From assembly GCA_951406725.2 (NCBI GenBank), contig OX597814.1:170500001-170564000 (forward strand): a stretch of DNA of 64,000 nucleotides, written 5' to 3'. The notes under the pieces are model-generated. The model was given only the letters and a program-made list of their open reading frames with translations. It made no database searches and had not been told where the DNA came from. The position numbers were made by a program, and so were the translations under genes. Every line of letters begins with the position of its first letter. The first letter of the stretch is position 1. This document shows, piece after piece, positions 11,066-23,959 of the stretch. The stretch comes from Octopus vulgaris (lineage: Eukaryota).

Positions 11066-11088
11066 TAAACCGGCCTTATCTGACTTTA

Positions 11089-11156
<68 letters not shown>

Positions 11157-11158
<2 letters not shown>

Positions 11159-11445
11159 GTCGACGTGACCGATCAGACCATCAGATGCTGTTACACATCG
11201 CTGGTCACAATGCGTTCGCATTATTTTAGCCTTCGAATGACGCCACCCCGCTGGCCAACAGAAGAAAGAGTGAGAGAAAAGAGTGGTGAAATAGTACAGC
11301 AGGGATCACCACCCGCTGCCGGAGCCTCGTGGAGCTTTTAGGTGTTTTCGCTCAATAAACACACACAACGCCCGGTCTGGGAATCGAAACCGCGATCCTG
11401 CGACCGCGAGTCCGCTGACCTAACCACTAGGCCATTGCGCCTCCA
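11157..11445 (-). mobile_element. tRNA-derived SINE (OR-like) between (TA)n tracts
   Basis: Same head as 8062-8405 with a different 3' part. Confidence 0.9.
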
Positions 11446-11469
11446 CATATATATATATATATGCGCCTC

Positions 11470-11531
<62 letters not shown>

Positions 11532-11536
<5 letters not shown>

Positions 11537-12152
11537 AAAGTCAAAATGCGATAAAATAAAATTAATTATTATCGCCGGTGTTCTAGCACAGGCCATATAT
11601 TATTCATATATAAGTACATTAAAAGGCGAAGTATGTACTAGATACACAGAAGCTTGATAAATTTAGTGAAATGAAAATAAAAACTTTTACTAACTCGGTT
11701 CATCTTATACTGCAGTTTCGTCTTTTTCAGCAATAAAAATAATTTATTTACTCAGGAGACTCGTCAGTAAGAGCCCTGTTATTCTGAAATCGCACCTCAA
11801 TAGAAGCATGTGCGTCTACTAATTTGCTCTTTCTAACTAATCAGATCACTGCGCAGACGCAGAACGTACCCGACAAACTAGGGGTTTCTGGTATATAGTC
11901 TAACGCTCAAAATTTATCGAGAAATATGTAAACAAAGTCAAAATGCGATAAAATAAAATTAATTATTATCGCCGGTGTTCTAGCACAGGCCATATATTAT
12001 TCATATATAAGTACATTAAAAGGCGAAGTATGTACTAGATACACAGAAGCTTGATAAATTTAGTGAAATGAAAATAAAAACTTTTACTAACTCGGTTCAT
12101 CTTATACTGCAGTTTCGTCTTTTTCAGCAATAAAAATAATTTATTTACTCAG
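11532..12152 (-). repeat. Partial tandem repeat with 397-bp period (224-bp direct repeats) containing a hammerhead; retrozyme/Penelope-pLTR-like
   Basis: 11532-11755 recurs at 11929-12152, apparently identical. Non-coding. Confidence 0.9.
11703..11772 (-). ncRNA. Type I hammerhead ribozyme
   Basis: Reverse complement: TCTTA-CTGACGA-GTCT..AGAC-GAAAC-TGCA-GTA-TAAGA. Intact core with palindromic stem III ACTGCAGT. Confidence 0.85.
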
Positions 12153-12466
12153 ATGGACTTCATCTCTCTACTACAAGCTTCTCCCTCGGCCAACTCTATG
12201 TTGGTTGCTCGCAAGCTGGAAGCAACAACAATTTATTCATTTGGACACCAATAAAAAATTACAAAATGAATATTGTTTACCCTGAGGTATTTCAAGATTG
12301 ACAGATTTTCACTTCTAAATTCTCTTATCATTACAATTTGTATATTTTAAAAATAAAATATAGATATTTTGAAATTATTATGAGAAAAAATATGTCTTTA
12401 TATTTATTGTTTACTAATCTGAATAAGAACAGCAGTATCCCTGGCAATGCCGGGTACTTCAGCTAG
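12153..12466 (+). mobile_element. 3' end of a coding Helitron (Pif1-like helicase C-terminus)
   Basis: GLHLSTTSFSLGQLYVGCSQAG...NIVYPEVF, then a hairpin CCCTGGCAATGCCGGG and CTAG. Confidence 0.8.
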
Positions 12467-12507
12467 CTATATAATACATATGGTCATGTATTTACATATA
12501 TGTGTAA

Positions 12508-12538
<31 letters not shown>

Positions 12539-12577
12539 TGTATGTATGTATGTATGTATGTATGTATGTATGTATGT

Positions 12578-12656
<79 letters not shown>
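12508..12656. repeat. (TATG)n(GATA)n microsatellite
   Basis: Directly visible. Confidence 0.95.
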
Positions 12657-13195
12657 TGTTTCTTTATTAGCCACACAGGGCTGAACACAAAGAGGACAAA
12701 TTACAAAGTAGAGCTTTTCTTTTTGGGGAGAAAAAAAAGGGGGGGTCGATCAAAAGGTATCGTAAAAAAACGATCAATAGGGATCGTGTATTACAGAAAT
12801 GTCATGATGTAAAGTGTAAAGGGGGAAACAGATAAGGTTTATCCGTGGAAAGAAAAGCCTACGGAAAAAAACCACGGAAACCTCGGTCAATAATGTCACA
12901 TGTTAACACATTTATTTGCAAGTAAGTAACTCTCTGTTATAAATTTTTCCGGGTTCATAGGATTATGCTCAAGGTGGCTTCGTCATTCATACTTGCCATC
13001 CTTAACTACATTCACCCATCTTTTTTTTAAACATTCGCTAGACAAAACTTGCCTCTCTACTCTCACTTTCCTTTTCAAGTGGTACTTGAAGAAGTTGATG
13101 AGAGATTGACCAGAGAGGAAAGTGTTTGTCTCCAATCCTTTCAGACGCGTCCACCAGATACATTCTTTCGCCATAGCCACAAGGATGATGAAAAT
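12657..13195 (-). mobile_element. 5'-truncated Tx1/L1-like element (ORF2 C-terminus + 3' UTR) within (GATA)n
   Basis: AKECIWWTRLKG...LINFFKYHLKRKVRVER...RWV; tail CAGCCCTGTGTGGCTAATAAAGAAA. (GATA)n on both sides. Confidence 0.8.
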
Positions 13196-13197
13196 AG

Positions 13198-13252
<55 letters not shown>

Positions 13253-13336
13253 ATATTTCTTGCACGTGGGCACGTACACACACTTAAATATATACTTGTA
13301 GTTACATTTATATTTATAGCTACATTTATATTTACA

Positions 13337-13396
<60 letters not shown>

Positions 13397-14021
13397 TCTC
13401 TTTCAAATAACATCCTCTTCTCTCTCCTCCTATCTATCCTCCAATGTCCTGATATTCGTGTCAGATTATAGACATTTTGGTTCATTGAACCACAATGAAT
13501 ATACCTATCTATCAATCATTTACGCTCATGGTATTCAAACAGAATCTGAAGCAAACTCATTCTGGAAGACCGATTAAAAAACAAAAAACACATCGTAGAT
13601 AAAAAAAAACAAACAAAAATAAGCGAATGAAACGGGACAAGCTCATAATATATTTTAAAAGCCCAATCATATAATTTCTTCTTGGTTCAATTTGATATGA
13701 ATATAGAGTCTTAATGCTGGATAATATTTTCGTTTTTGTTCTGCTTTTTATTTGATTTTATTTTTCTTTATACAGACATGAAATGTAAAGGAATGTAAAT
13801 GTACAGTTATTATACTTATCTCTCTCTCTATCCGAAAGAATTAGTTTAAGAGAACGGCTCCCAACTGAGAATTGAAACTGGGTCATGGCAAGGTGTTGAT
13901 TAAGGATATTGTTGGTAATGGGGTTTTACTATCGTCTTTTAGTTTTTGAATGATTTATCAGGCTGGATGGTGCAGAGCTTGGCAACCGGTATGCCGTGGC
14001 ACAGTAGTGTCACGGCATACC

Positions 14022-14066
<45 letters not shown>

Positions 14067-14461
14067 CTAGCAGTATCGCCCGGCGTTGCTCGGGTTAGTA
14101 AGGGAAATAACTATAAAGCATTTTTAGAGAGTTATAGCAAAAAAATAGCAAAAAAATGCATTAAAAATGGAAAAAAATTATGGTAATTTTTTTTTTAAAT
14201 CGTTGACTCATCGTAGACATTTTTAGAGAGTTACTTCCCTTATATAATAGCGAAAAATGCATTAAAATGGAAAAAAATTATGGTAAATTATTTTGAAAAT
14301 CGTAGACTCATCGTAGACGCGCGCTAATATCCAGAAGGGCTCGATATGAATCACGACTATAAGATACCCGGTTTTGGTTAAACTGCACCGCAAAATGTGG
14401 GAGTAGTTAGGAATCTAAATCGTAGGAGACAGACACACAACCTTACTTTTATATATAAAGA
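14067..14461 (-). mobile_element. Non-autonomous Helitron
   Basis: TC...hairpin-CTAG ends; the 3' end is nearly identical to that of 5288-5661. Confidence 0.85.
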
Positions 14462-15001
14462 TTAATAATATTAGGGTAATAAAAATTTTGGAAATTTTTA
14501 CTCCCAGTGGCCTAGCGTAAAAAAATTAGTCAATAGACGATATATTATTCATATAAAATACAGTGTACATTAAAACACATTAAGAGGCTTCCATCATAGG
14601 AATCCTTTACGCTAGAAAGAACAGTTAAAGTCCAAACCACTAATTAGGGATAAATCCTCGAAGGGAGCGAAAAATAAAAAACATTTACCATCTAATTCCT
14701 GGATCATGGTTTCTGACTTATTTTAGTAAGTAAAAATTATTATTCACCAGGCGAAGTCATTATCAACAGAGATGCCATGTTGATAACGATAGTGTTCAGT
14801 AGTTGGTTCAGTACGCTGGCCACAGGAATTTCTGTCCAGGAAAGTTGTACATCATTTTCCTCTTTCTCTCATATACCCACTCTTTCTCTCTCGCTTATTA
14901 TTACTCCCACTGCCACCATCAACACTACTACTTTTAATAAAACATCATCAACTCTCCCTAAATTTCTTTGTCTCTCTTTCTCTCCTTTTCTTTTCTCTTT
15001 C

Positions 15002-15053
<52 letters not shown>

Positions 15054-15455
15054 GTCTTTGCCACGCCCTCACCATCTCTATGGCTACTATTACTCTCACC
15101 TCAGCACGAGAAAGCGTCATTGAATAGTGAGAGAGGGAGTCAAAGTGTGACTCACTGACACACAGAAATTAGTTTCCGCATTTGTTATATTAGGTGTGTG
15201 TGCGTTTGTGTCCGTAACCTAGTGTTTCAGCAAAAGACAACAATAGAATAAATGCTAGGCTAGCAAAGAATAAGTCCTGGGGTTGATTTCTTTGACTAAA
15301 AACCATTAAAGGTGGTGCTCCAGCATGACTGCAATCAAATGACTGAAAGTAAAAGAATAAAAGATATATTTATATATATATATATGTATGTATGTATGTA
15401 TGTATCTGTATGCATGTATGTATGCATATATATATATATATATATATACAAGTTT

Positions 15456-15491
<36 letters not shown>

Positions 15492-15496
15492 AAACT

Positions 15497-15568
<72 letters not shown>

Positions 15569-15574
15569 TACGAG

Positions 15575-16219
15575 GCGGGGGTTGAAAAGAGGGACAGAAA
15601 TTCAAGATCAAATCTAATTTTACTTGTGCCTCTGAAAACATAATTTATGTCATAAGATGCTCGGGCTGCCACCAAAACTACGTGGGGTCCACGGGACTAT
15701 CACTCAGACGTAGATGCACACTGCATCGACAACAGATTGCATTCCCAGAATACAGAATGATACCCTTTAGTGAGCACATTGAGAAATGCGCAAAGCAACT
15801 ACTACCACAATTTTTAATCTTTCCATTTTACCAATGTGCTATCGGAACACCAACACAAATTAGACTAAACAAGGAAACATTCTTCATTGAAAAATATAAG
15901 CCCAAACTTAAACATTCCAACATTCTTATACAGAGAAACTCACCCCCCAAAAAAGGCAAGAAATATTAAGCGATTATCTCCCTTACACCGGAAGAAATCA
16001 CTTATTACCTCCCCTTATCTGGAACTCTTCTTTACACATCTCAACGAAAACATAACGATGTAAGAAATTTGAAATGCTGAACGCGAAACCGGTCATTTCT
16101 TCAAAAATTATGTCATTGTATGAAAAAAATTTATAACATTCTTCTGACATAATGACTCAAATATATATTTTTTAACCTTTTAAAACAAGCCTTCTGTAGT
16201 TTTTTCACTTTTTACTATT

Positions 16220-16222
<3 letters not shown>
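15575..16222 (+). mobile_element. Penelope-like 3' fragment (GIY-YIG endonuclease + terminal repeat) between (TA)n tracts
   Basis: [37 protein letters not shown]...SEHIEKC...RLNKETFFIEKYKPKL. Degenerate hammerhead at 16062-16101 (AAGAAAT/ATTTCTT stem, GAAACCGGTC). Confidence 0.85.
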
Positions 16223-16269
<47 letters not shown>

Positions 16270-17147
16270 TTAATATAAAATAGTTTATATTTTTCATTTC
16301 CTTCGAAAATTGCTATTAAATGTGGTTTTGGTCATTTTAGCTGCTGCTTCTAGTGTGTAAAAATTACCCGTTAAAGGGTAGTTTTCTCTTGTGTTTTAAA
16401 TGTACACTATTTTATATTAAGAATATGTTGTCTATTGACTATTTATGCATGCTAGGTCACTGGTGGTGATATTTCTAAGGAATATTCGCTACCCTGTATA
16501 TGTATATGTATATATATATATAAACAGGAATAGAAGTGAAATGGCTTCAGCAAATCTTCCATCTTATGGTCAAACATCCTTTAACCACATTTCTGAGAAA
16601 AGGCCACCAAGAGGCCAATGACATAGGCTGTGTGGAGACACTCGATCTGTTAGAAGTCTGTCTTCCCACCATACCATCTGGAAAAAGCAGAAACACATTA
16701 GATAATCAGAATGAAACGATTGGATGAAGCGGTTCGGACGCTAATGATTTGGTACGGCTGACTGGTCATTAAATCTGTTTTGGCGACAAGACTCTTTTGG
16801 CATGCTCACACACAGAAAGACAGAGAGAGAGAGCGAGAGATCTTTATAGCTATTGTATAATCGAAAATAGATTGAAAATTTTACTAGATAATTTCTAAAA
16901 ATTCCTGTTTGTAATGAGATGACATATATTCAGGGTTAAACTGCGAAAAACTCATATTCTATATAAAATTTAATTGTTTTTTTAACGGGAAGTTTTAGCA
17001 CTAGAAATTGACCATTAACACGCAAAGTTTTTATCTACTAAGGAGCATAACATAGGAAGATGGGCTGAAAAGTTTATAGGCTGATTATGAAGGAGTGACA
17101 CTAGAGCTGTGAAATCTTGCATGCATTGATTACAACTCTATCAATAA

Positions 17148-17541
17148 CTAGCAGCATCGCACGGCGTTGCTCGGGGTTGTTTTGACCCTTTAGAATTGGA
17201 ATTTTTGAAAAGTAAAAATTTTGCATTATGTAGCTTGTTATTCTCTTTAAGTGAACATTTTTCTGGTTGAAATACACAGAAAAATGGTGACACAGCAGTC
17301 AAAAGATCATAAAAAATAGGGATTTTCATAGAAAAAAAAAGCACCTTTTTGATGTATATAATTTTTGGTGTTAACATAGTTCGATTTGAATTTTTTCTTC
17401 TACGGAAGGAAGAGCAAGCCTTCTTCTATCATACTCTCAATTTTGGTCAACTTGTGCTGCAGGGTCTCGGAAGAGATAGTGTTAGTTGAAGGCTACCAAA
17501 CCTGCTATATACAGACAACTTCAGCTTTATATAGAGAGAGA
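17148..17541 (-). mobile_element. Non-autonomous Helitron nested in the mariner
   Basis: CTAG plus hairpin at 17148-17176, TC end at 17541, AT target. Confidence 0.85.
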
Positions 17542-18508
17542 TTGCATTGTTTCTTTGCAGCTAAATTGTTCAAAGACTTCAAAAGTAAGTAGTTGCGACT
17601 TCTCTTGAAAATGGATATGGTTTGGCATTGTGGTGTTATCGAGTACCTGCAGAAAAAGGGTTTAGCCCTCAAGGACATTCATGCTGACATGGGGATGACG
17701 CTCTAGCTTTATCAACAGTGAAAAGGTGAGCAGCTGAATTTAGGAGGGGAAGGGAGAGTCTTGAAGATGACCCAGCAGCTGAACGTCCTGCAACTGCCAC
17801 TGCTGAGGAAAACATTGATCCTCTTCACCACATGGTGATGGCTGACAGACAATTGACTATAAATCACATAGCCAGTGCTATTAGCATATCTTGTGAGAGA
17901 GTTAAGAATATTCTGCTCAATGAACTTGTCACGATGAAGGTTTCTGCTCGGTGGGTGCCACGTCTTCTGACACCTGATCAAAAGCACACTAGGCTGATCA
18001 TGTCATGGCAAAATCTGAAAGTGTTTGAGGCAGATCCAGCTAGCTTCCCTTGAACATTTTCTAAGCCAGGATGAGTGTTGTGTTCATCACTTTGAGCCAG
18101 AGAAAAAAAAACAAGCCACCCAGTGGAAACATCCCTCCTCACCTGCTCTAAAGTAGGCGAAGGTTGTTCTATCTACAGAGAAGGTGATGACCCCAGTCTT
18201 TTGGGATGCAAAAAGCATTGTGATTATTGGCCATCTTCAAAAGAGCCACATCATCAATGGAGAGTACTATAAAAACTTGCAGAGGCAGTTACAAAAGGCT
18301 ATTAAGACCAAACACCTAGGAAAACTGACAAAAGGGGTCTTGTTTCATCAAGCCAATCCTCCAGCACACAAGTCCTTGCTTTTAATGGCTACTGTGCATA
18401 ATTGTGTCTTTGAACTGATTGATCAGCTATTCTCCTAATGTGGCCCCGTCTGACTATCATCTGTTCCCCAACATGAAAAAAGACCCCACTTGGCTGAGAA
18501 CTAGTATC

Positions 18509-18738
18509 TATTTCTTTACTACCCACAAGGGGCTAAACACAGAGGGGACAAACAAGGATAGACAAACGGATTAAGTCGATTATATCAACCCCAGTGCGTA
18601 ACTGGTACTTATTTAATCGACCCCGAAAGTATGAAAGGCAAAGTCGACCTCGGCGGAATTTGAACTCAGAACGTAGTGGCAGACGAAATACTGCTAAGCA
18701 TTTCATCCGGCATGCTGACGATTCTGTCAGCTCGCCAC
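18509..18738 (-). mobile_element. tRNA-derived SINE with Tx1-like tail, nested in the mariner
   Basis: Matches 8836-9063. GAGAACTAGTATC is repeated on both sides. Confidence 0.85.
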
Positions 18739-19044
18739 CTTTACTAGCATGAGAGAACTAGTATCGAAGTGATGATGGCGTCATATCTGCTCTTGATAAC
18801 TTTTTGATCAAAAGAATGAAAGCTTCTTCATTAATGGAATTCAAACACTGATGGAAAAAGTGTATGGACCGCAAGGGGGACTATGTTGAAAAATAAACCT
18901 CATTTGGTCATGTTGCAATGAGAGTATCTTGGTCAGCTTATGAACTTTTCAGCCAAGCCGCATATTCAGGTGGGACTTTTAGAATTATGACTAACACGTG
19001 GTAACATACAAAGACAACCCGTCAAAAAGAGTCATGAGTCTAGT

Positions 19045-19556
19045 GTAGGCATGGCTGTGTGGTAAGAAGCTTGCTTCCCAACAACATGGTTCCGAGTTCA
19101 GTCTCACTACGTGACTCTTTGGGCAAGTGTCTTCTACTATAGCCTCGGACCGACTAAAGCTTTGTGAGTGGATTTGGTAGATGAAAACTGAAAGATGCTC
19201 ATCGTATGTATGTATGTATGTATGTATGTATGTATGTATGTATGTATGTATGTATGTATGTATGTATGTATGTATGTATGTGTGTGTGTGTGTGTGTGTT
19301 TATGCGCGTGCTTATGTCTGTGTATGTGCGTCTGTCTGTCTTTGTGTCTGTGTTTGTCCCATACCACTGTTTGACAACTGGTGCTGTCATGTTTACACGC
19401 CCCATAACTTAGCGGTTTGGCAAAAGAAACTAATAGAATAAGTACCAGACTTTAGAAAAGGTATGTACCGGGATCGATTCACTCAGCTAAAATTCTTCAA
19501 GGCAATGCTACAGCATGGCCGCAGTCTAATGACTGAAACAAGTAAAAGATAAAAGA
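19045..19556 (+). mobile_element. Abundant tRNA-headed SINE with central microsatellite (GGCTGTGTGGTAAG family)
   Basis: Head GGCTGTGTGGTAAG..GGTTCCGAGTTCAGTC, core TTGGGCAAGTGTCTTCTACTATAG, tail TGACTGAAACAAGTAAAAGA. More than 12 copies in the window. Confidence 0.9.
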
Positions 19557-20099
19557 CAAATTATGCAGTGTAGACTAGAGGGTGCCAGTGATGATAAACT
19601 GTACACAGTACAAACTGTAAAATGGTTGATGATAGAAAAGCATTCACCAGAAAAGTAGAGTAAAGACATAACATAGATAACAAAGATTGATAGTTTTCTC
19701 TGTTGTAAGTGCCAGATAACAAGACATTCTGCTGGAACAGAGCTGCTCAACATGCACCAGGATGGAAAAAATGTATTTAAAACGATGAAAAGCAAATGAT
19801 ATATTTCTCATGTGAGTTAAACCAAACGCTCTCATTGACAACTTAAAGGATTTTTTTCAGTTCCTTTTCTTGGTGTAACTTATACAAAATTTGAAGATTG
19901 TTCACTATTGCAAGAGTGTAAAATATGAAATTTTTTCCAAGAATTTATCATAATAAATTGAGTTCTTATGGGTCAAACACATGAGTTCTTGTAGCAGATA
20001 TCCTTCAATTTAACTAAGGCGGTGATCTGGCAGAATCGTTACTGTGCCGGGGAAAATGCCTGGCAGCATTTCGTCCCTCTTCAGATTGGTATTAGAAAA

Positions 20100-20525
20100 C
20101 ATCATCATCATCATCATCATTGTTTAACGTCCGTTTTCCATGCTACATGGGTTGGGCGGTTCGACCGGAATCTAGGAAGCCAGGAGGCTGCGCCAGGCTC
20201 CAGTCTGATCTGGCAGTGTTTCTACAGCTGGATGCCCTTCCTAACACCAACCACTCTGTGAGTGTAGTGGCTGCTTTTTATGTGCCACCGGCACAGGGGC
20301 CAGAGGAGGCTGGCAAACTGCCACGATCGGTTGGTGCTTTTTACGTGTCACCAACACGGACGCCAGTCAGGCGGTGCTGGCATCATCTACGTTCGGACGG
20401 TGCTTTTTATGTGTCACTGGCATGGGTATCTTAACTACAATTTCCATTTGATTTTTATTTTGATGTTGGTGTTGACATACTTGACTCAATAGGTCTCCTC
20501 AAGAACAGCGGGTCACTCTATGATC
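20100..20525 (-). mobile_element. RTE LINE 3' UTR copy with (GAT)n tail
   Basis: Matches the 3' UTR of the RTE at 55000-55590. Other copies at ~25385-25730 (+), 35772-35951 (+), 58248-58582 (+), 61375-61720 (-) and 63200-63375 (-). Confidence 0.85.
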
Positions 20526-20574
20526 TTGAGGAGAGTGGGTGGATCATAAAGTATTAATATTACCTTCAAATAAG

Positions 20575-20992
20575 GCAGCGAGCTGGAAGAATTGTTAGCA
20601 TACCGGACAAAATACTTAACAGAATATCGTCCGTCTTTACATTCCGAATTCAAATTCTGCCATGGTTGACTTTACCTTTCGGGATGGATAAAATAAATAC
20701 TAGTTGAACACTGAAGCCGATGTAATTGACTTAGCCCCCTCCCCCGAAATTGCTGGCCTTGTGCCAAAATTTGAAACCAATGTTACCTTCAAATAAGGCG
20801 GTGAGCTGGAACAATCATTAGCATGCCGGACAAAATGCTTAACGGCATTGCAGCTGTCTTTACATTCCGAGTTCAAATTCTGCCGCGGTCGACTTTGGTA
20901 AAATAAGTACCATCGAACACTGGAGTCCATATAATCGACTTAGCCCCTCCCCCAAAATTGCTGGCTTTGTGTCAAAAAGTAAAACCAATATT
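20575..20992 (+). mobile_element. Tandem dimer of a tRNA-derived SINE (~205-bp period)
   Basis: TTACCTTCAAATAAGGC.G.GAGCTGGAA occurs at 20560 and 20783. Confidence 0.8.
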
Positions 20993-21324
20993 CTTCACTT
21001 AACTGTTCACCTTCATTTTCACTTTATATACGCTTCCAAACCTAGTTTGCAGACGTATCCTACGGTACCTCACATTGCAACAGTGATTATCCGAATGAAG
21101 TGTAGAGTTCTTTCATTGTTTGCTTTTCTTAAGATCCTTATAAACATGATTGAAATACAATAGCTACGGCTTGGAAAACAAACCAAGTTGTAAACTATAT
21201 TTATTAAGGGCGAGACATTTTACAATACTTGTTAAATATTGAGTCGCCAGATATAAATAACTGAGATTTCATAATTGTTAACATCTGGCGTCACGGATAC
21301 GAAACATCATAACAAAATAAGTGT

Positions 21325-23010
21325 TCTCTTTACTCTTTACTCTTTATTCTTTTACTTGTTTCAGTCATTTGACTGCGGGCATGCTGGAGCACCGCCTTTA
21401 GTCGAGCAAATCGACCCCAGGACTTATTCATTGTAAGCCTAGTACTTATTCTATCAGTCTCTTTTGCTGAACCGCTGATTTACGGGGACGTAAGCACACT
21501 ACCATCGGTTGTCAAGCGATGTTGGGGGACAAACAAACATATACACACACATACATATACGAGGGGCGTTCAATAAGTAATGCCCCTGACCCACTTGCAG
21601 TTGTTTGATCTAGCTGAAATTTTGCATGTGCACTTATTTATACCTCTATAGATTAAGTGGCGAATTACAGCTCTGAACTAATTGTGGTTTCTGATTTACA
21701 GGTGTTTGAACCGAGTCAAGTGTGAAATGGAGCCTTTTGAGTGTCGAGCAGTGATCCGGTTTTTGTATTTGAAAGGACGCACACCACGGGAGACTTTTGA
21801 TGAAATGAAAGTAACTTATGATGATGATGCCCCATCATATGACCTTGTAAAACGCTGGCATTGTGAATTCAAACATAGTCGGAACTCTGTGGAAACAGCT
21901 CCCAGATCTGGTCGCCCCCTTCTGCCGTTGATGAGACGTCTGTCCGTCAAGTTGAGGCTGCCATTTTGCAAGGTCAACGCATAACTATTCGCCAAATAGC
22001 CCATGAGGTCAAGATTAGTACCGGGTCTGTGGAAACTATCATTCATGACCATTTGCATATGCAAAAGGTGTCTGCCAGATGGATTTCCAGGTTGCTCACA
22101 CCTTTCCAGAAGCAAGAACGCGTTGAGTGCTCGAGGATGAATTTGGAGATGTGCCAAGAAGATGAGTCAAAATTTTTCAAAAGACTGATCACACAGGATA
22201 AAACCTGGATCCATCACTATGATCCATAGACCAAAGCCCAGTCAATGCAGTGAAAGCACCGTGACTCACCTCCTCCAAAGAAGGCAAAGGTGCAGCCCTC
22301 CGCTGACAAGGTTATGCTCACAGTCTTCTGGGACCAGGATGGAGTAGTGAAGACAGATTTCCTGGCAAAGGGTACCACAATTACAGGAGCCTATTATGCT
22401 TCACTTTTGAGGAAATTAAGAGAAGCTATCAAAATCAAGAGGCGGGGCAAGATCAGCAAAGGCATCCTCCTCCTGCAGGACAACGCTCCGGTCCACAACT
22501 CGCGTGTCGCCAGATCAGAAGCACAGGCGTGCAGCTATGAACTCCTCCCCTTGCACCCTCTGATTTTCAACTCTTCCCAGCCATGAAGTTGATTTTGAAA
22601 GGAAAGCGTTTCCCAGATGATGCAGCCTTGATTTCTGAAGTCACGTCGTGGTTGGAGGACGAAGCTGGGGTCTTCTACAAAAACGGTCTCCAGAGCTGTA
22701 TCAAACGATGGGAGAAATGCATAACTCTGGGTAGTTCCTATGTAGGAAAAGACTAATAACTGTGCCAAGTGTCGTTGCTCTACTGCTATGGGAAGTGGGT
22801 CAGGGGCATTACTTATTGAACGCCCCTCGTATATATACACATATATACGACGGGCTTCTTTCAGTTTCTGTCTACCAAATCCACTCACAAGGCTTTGGTT
22901 GGCCTAAGGCTATAGTAGAAGACACTTGCTTAAAGTACCATGCCATGGGAATGAACCTAGAACCAGGTGGTTGGTAAGCAAGCTACTTACCACACAGCCA
23001 CTCGTGCGCT
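21325..23010 (-). mobile_element. GGCTGTGTGGTAAG-family SINE split by a mariner insertion
   Basis: Tail half at 21325-21559 and head half at 22830-23010. Confidence 0.85.
21560..22829 (+). mobile_element. Full-length mariner transposon (1270 bp) with pseudogenised transposase
   Basis: ~37-bp perfect TIRs CGAGGGGCGTTCAATAAGTAATGCCCCTGACCCACTT and TA TSDs. MEPFECRAVIRFL, KVSARWISRLLT, ITQDKTWIHHYDP, LLLQDNAPVH. Frameshifts and stops. Confidence 0.96.
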
Positions 23011-23084
23011 ATTATTTCCACAGAAAATCTGTGATGATCTAAAGTGATGTAATAGCACTGCTAAATCAGTAGAATATGGTATTA

Positions 23085-23222
23085 CAGTTCTATATTTAAG
23101 AGACAAGGAATTATGTACATTGTTTACATTATTTACATCATTTATATTTGACGGATATTTGTCCTCATCAACAAACAAGATGAGGACAAATATCCATGAC
23201 ATATAAATAATGTAAATAATGA
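23085..23222. repeat. Fold-back remnant of a Penelope terminal repeat (same family as 53870-53945)
   Basis: GGATATTTGTCCTCATC..GATGAGGACAAATATCC inverted pair. Confidence 0.7.
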
Positions 23223-23959
23223 ATACGGTGTTAATTTATAAAAACATTTAAAATACTTTGTAGTATATTATGGTTGCATAACGGAATACCGTGTACCTGC
23301 AGGTCATTAATAACTACCATTCTACAATGCTTTCCGTAACCTAACAGATTAGTAAATACTCCAATTTTTCTTTTCAAACAACAAAAGTAATTTTTTACAT
23401 CATTCGAAGAGCATTTGTTGTTTGAAAAGATGGGATAATTCTAGTATTTATACTTGAATAGGTTGCTAAATATTTGGATAGCGATGCGGGAGAATTGTAT
23501 AGAGAGATATCTAGAGTAGTTCAAGTACTCTGAATGATGAATAACAGCAATTAAAGTATATTCACCGGTATATATATTGCATGTTTTCTGTTCTCTGGGT
23601 TATTTTGCTTCCGTATTTGTGTATGTCGGTTGATGGATAATATAATGTATACTGAGCTCAAGCCTTCCTTTAATCCGTAACAAATTAACAGTGACACATT
23701 TTGGTAAAAAGGCAAATTTACCTATTGCTGCAGTGAGCTTGCCCAAAATTCTACTGAAGATAATCATCCTGAAATGCGGGAGTCTAGAAACATTTTGATC
23801 TGGACCAGAACGACATTTTTGGCTTTTATCTTTTCTTTCCCTTGTTTCAGTAATTGGACTGAACAAAACGACCTCTGTATTAATCTTTTTTTTAAGTATG
23901 GTACTCGTTCCATCATTCTTTCTGGCCGAGCCCCTAGGTTACGGGTTTGTAAACAAACC

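Larger units (their letters stand above)
17053..18964 (+). mobile_element. Decayed mariner (Tc1/mariner) transposon with nested Helitron and SINE
   Basis: TIRs GGCTGAAAAGTTTATAGGCTGA / TCAGCTTATGAACTTTTCAGCC. Motifs KVSARWVPRLLT, QDEC.VHHF, VFWDAK, INGEYY, LFHQANPPAH, YSPNVAPSDYHLFP. Stops and frameshifts present. Confidence 0.92.

Noticed and set aside
13984-14023. 18-bp-stem hairpin ACCGGTATGCCGTGGCAC/GTGTCACGGCATACCGGT as a possible pre-miRNA or terminator
   Set aside because: It matches the subterminal palindrome of the hAT MITE at 42876.
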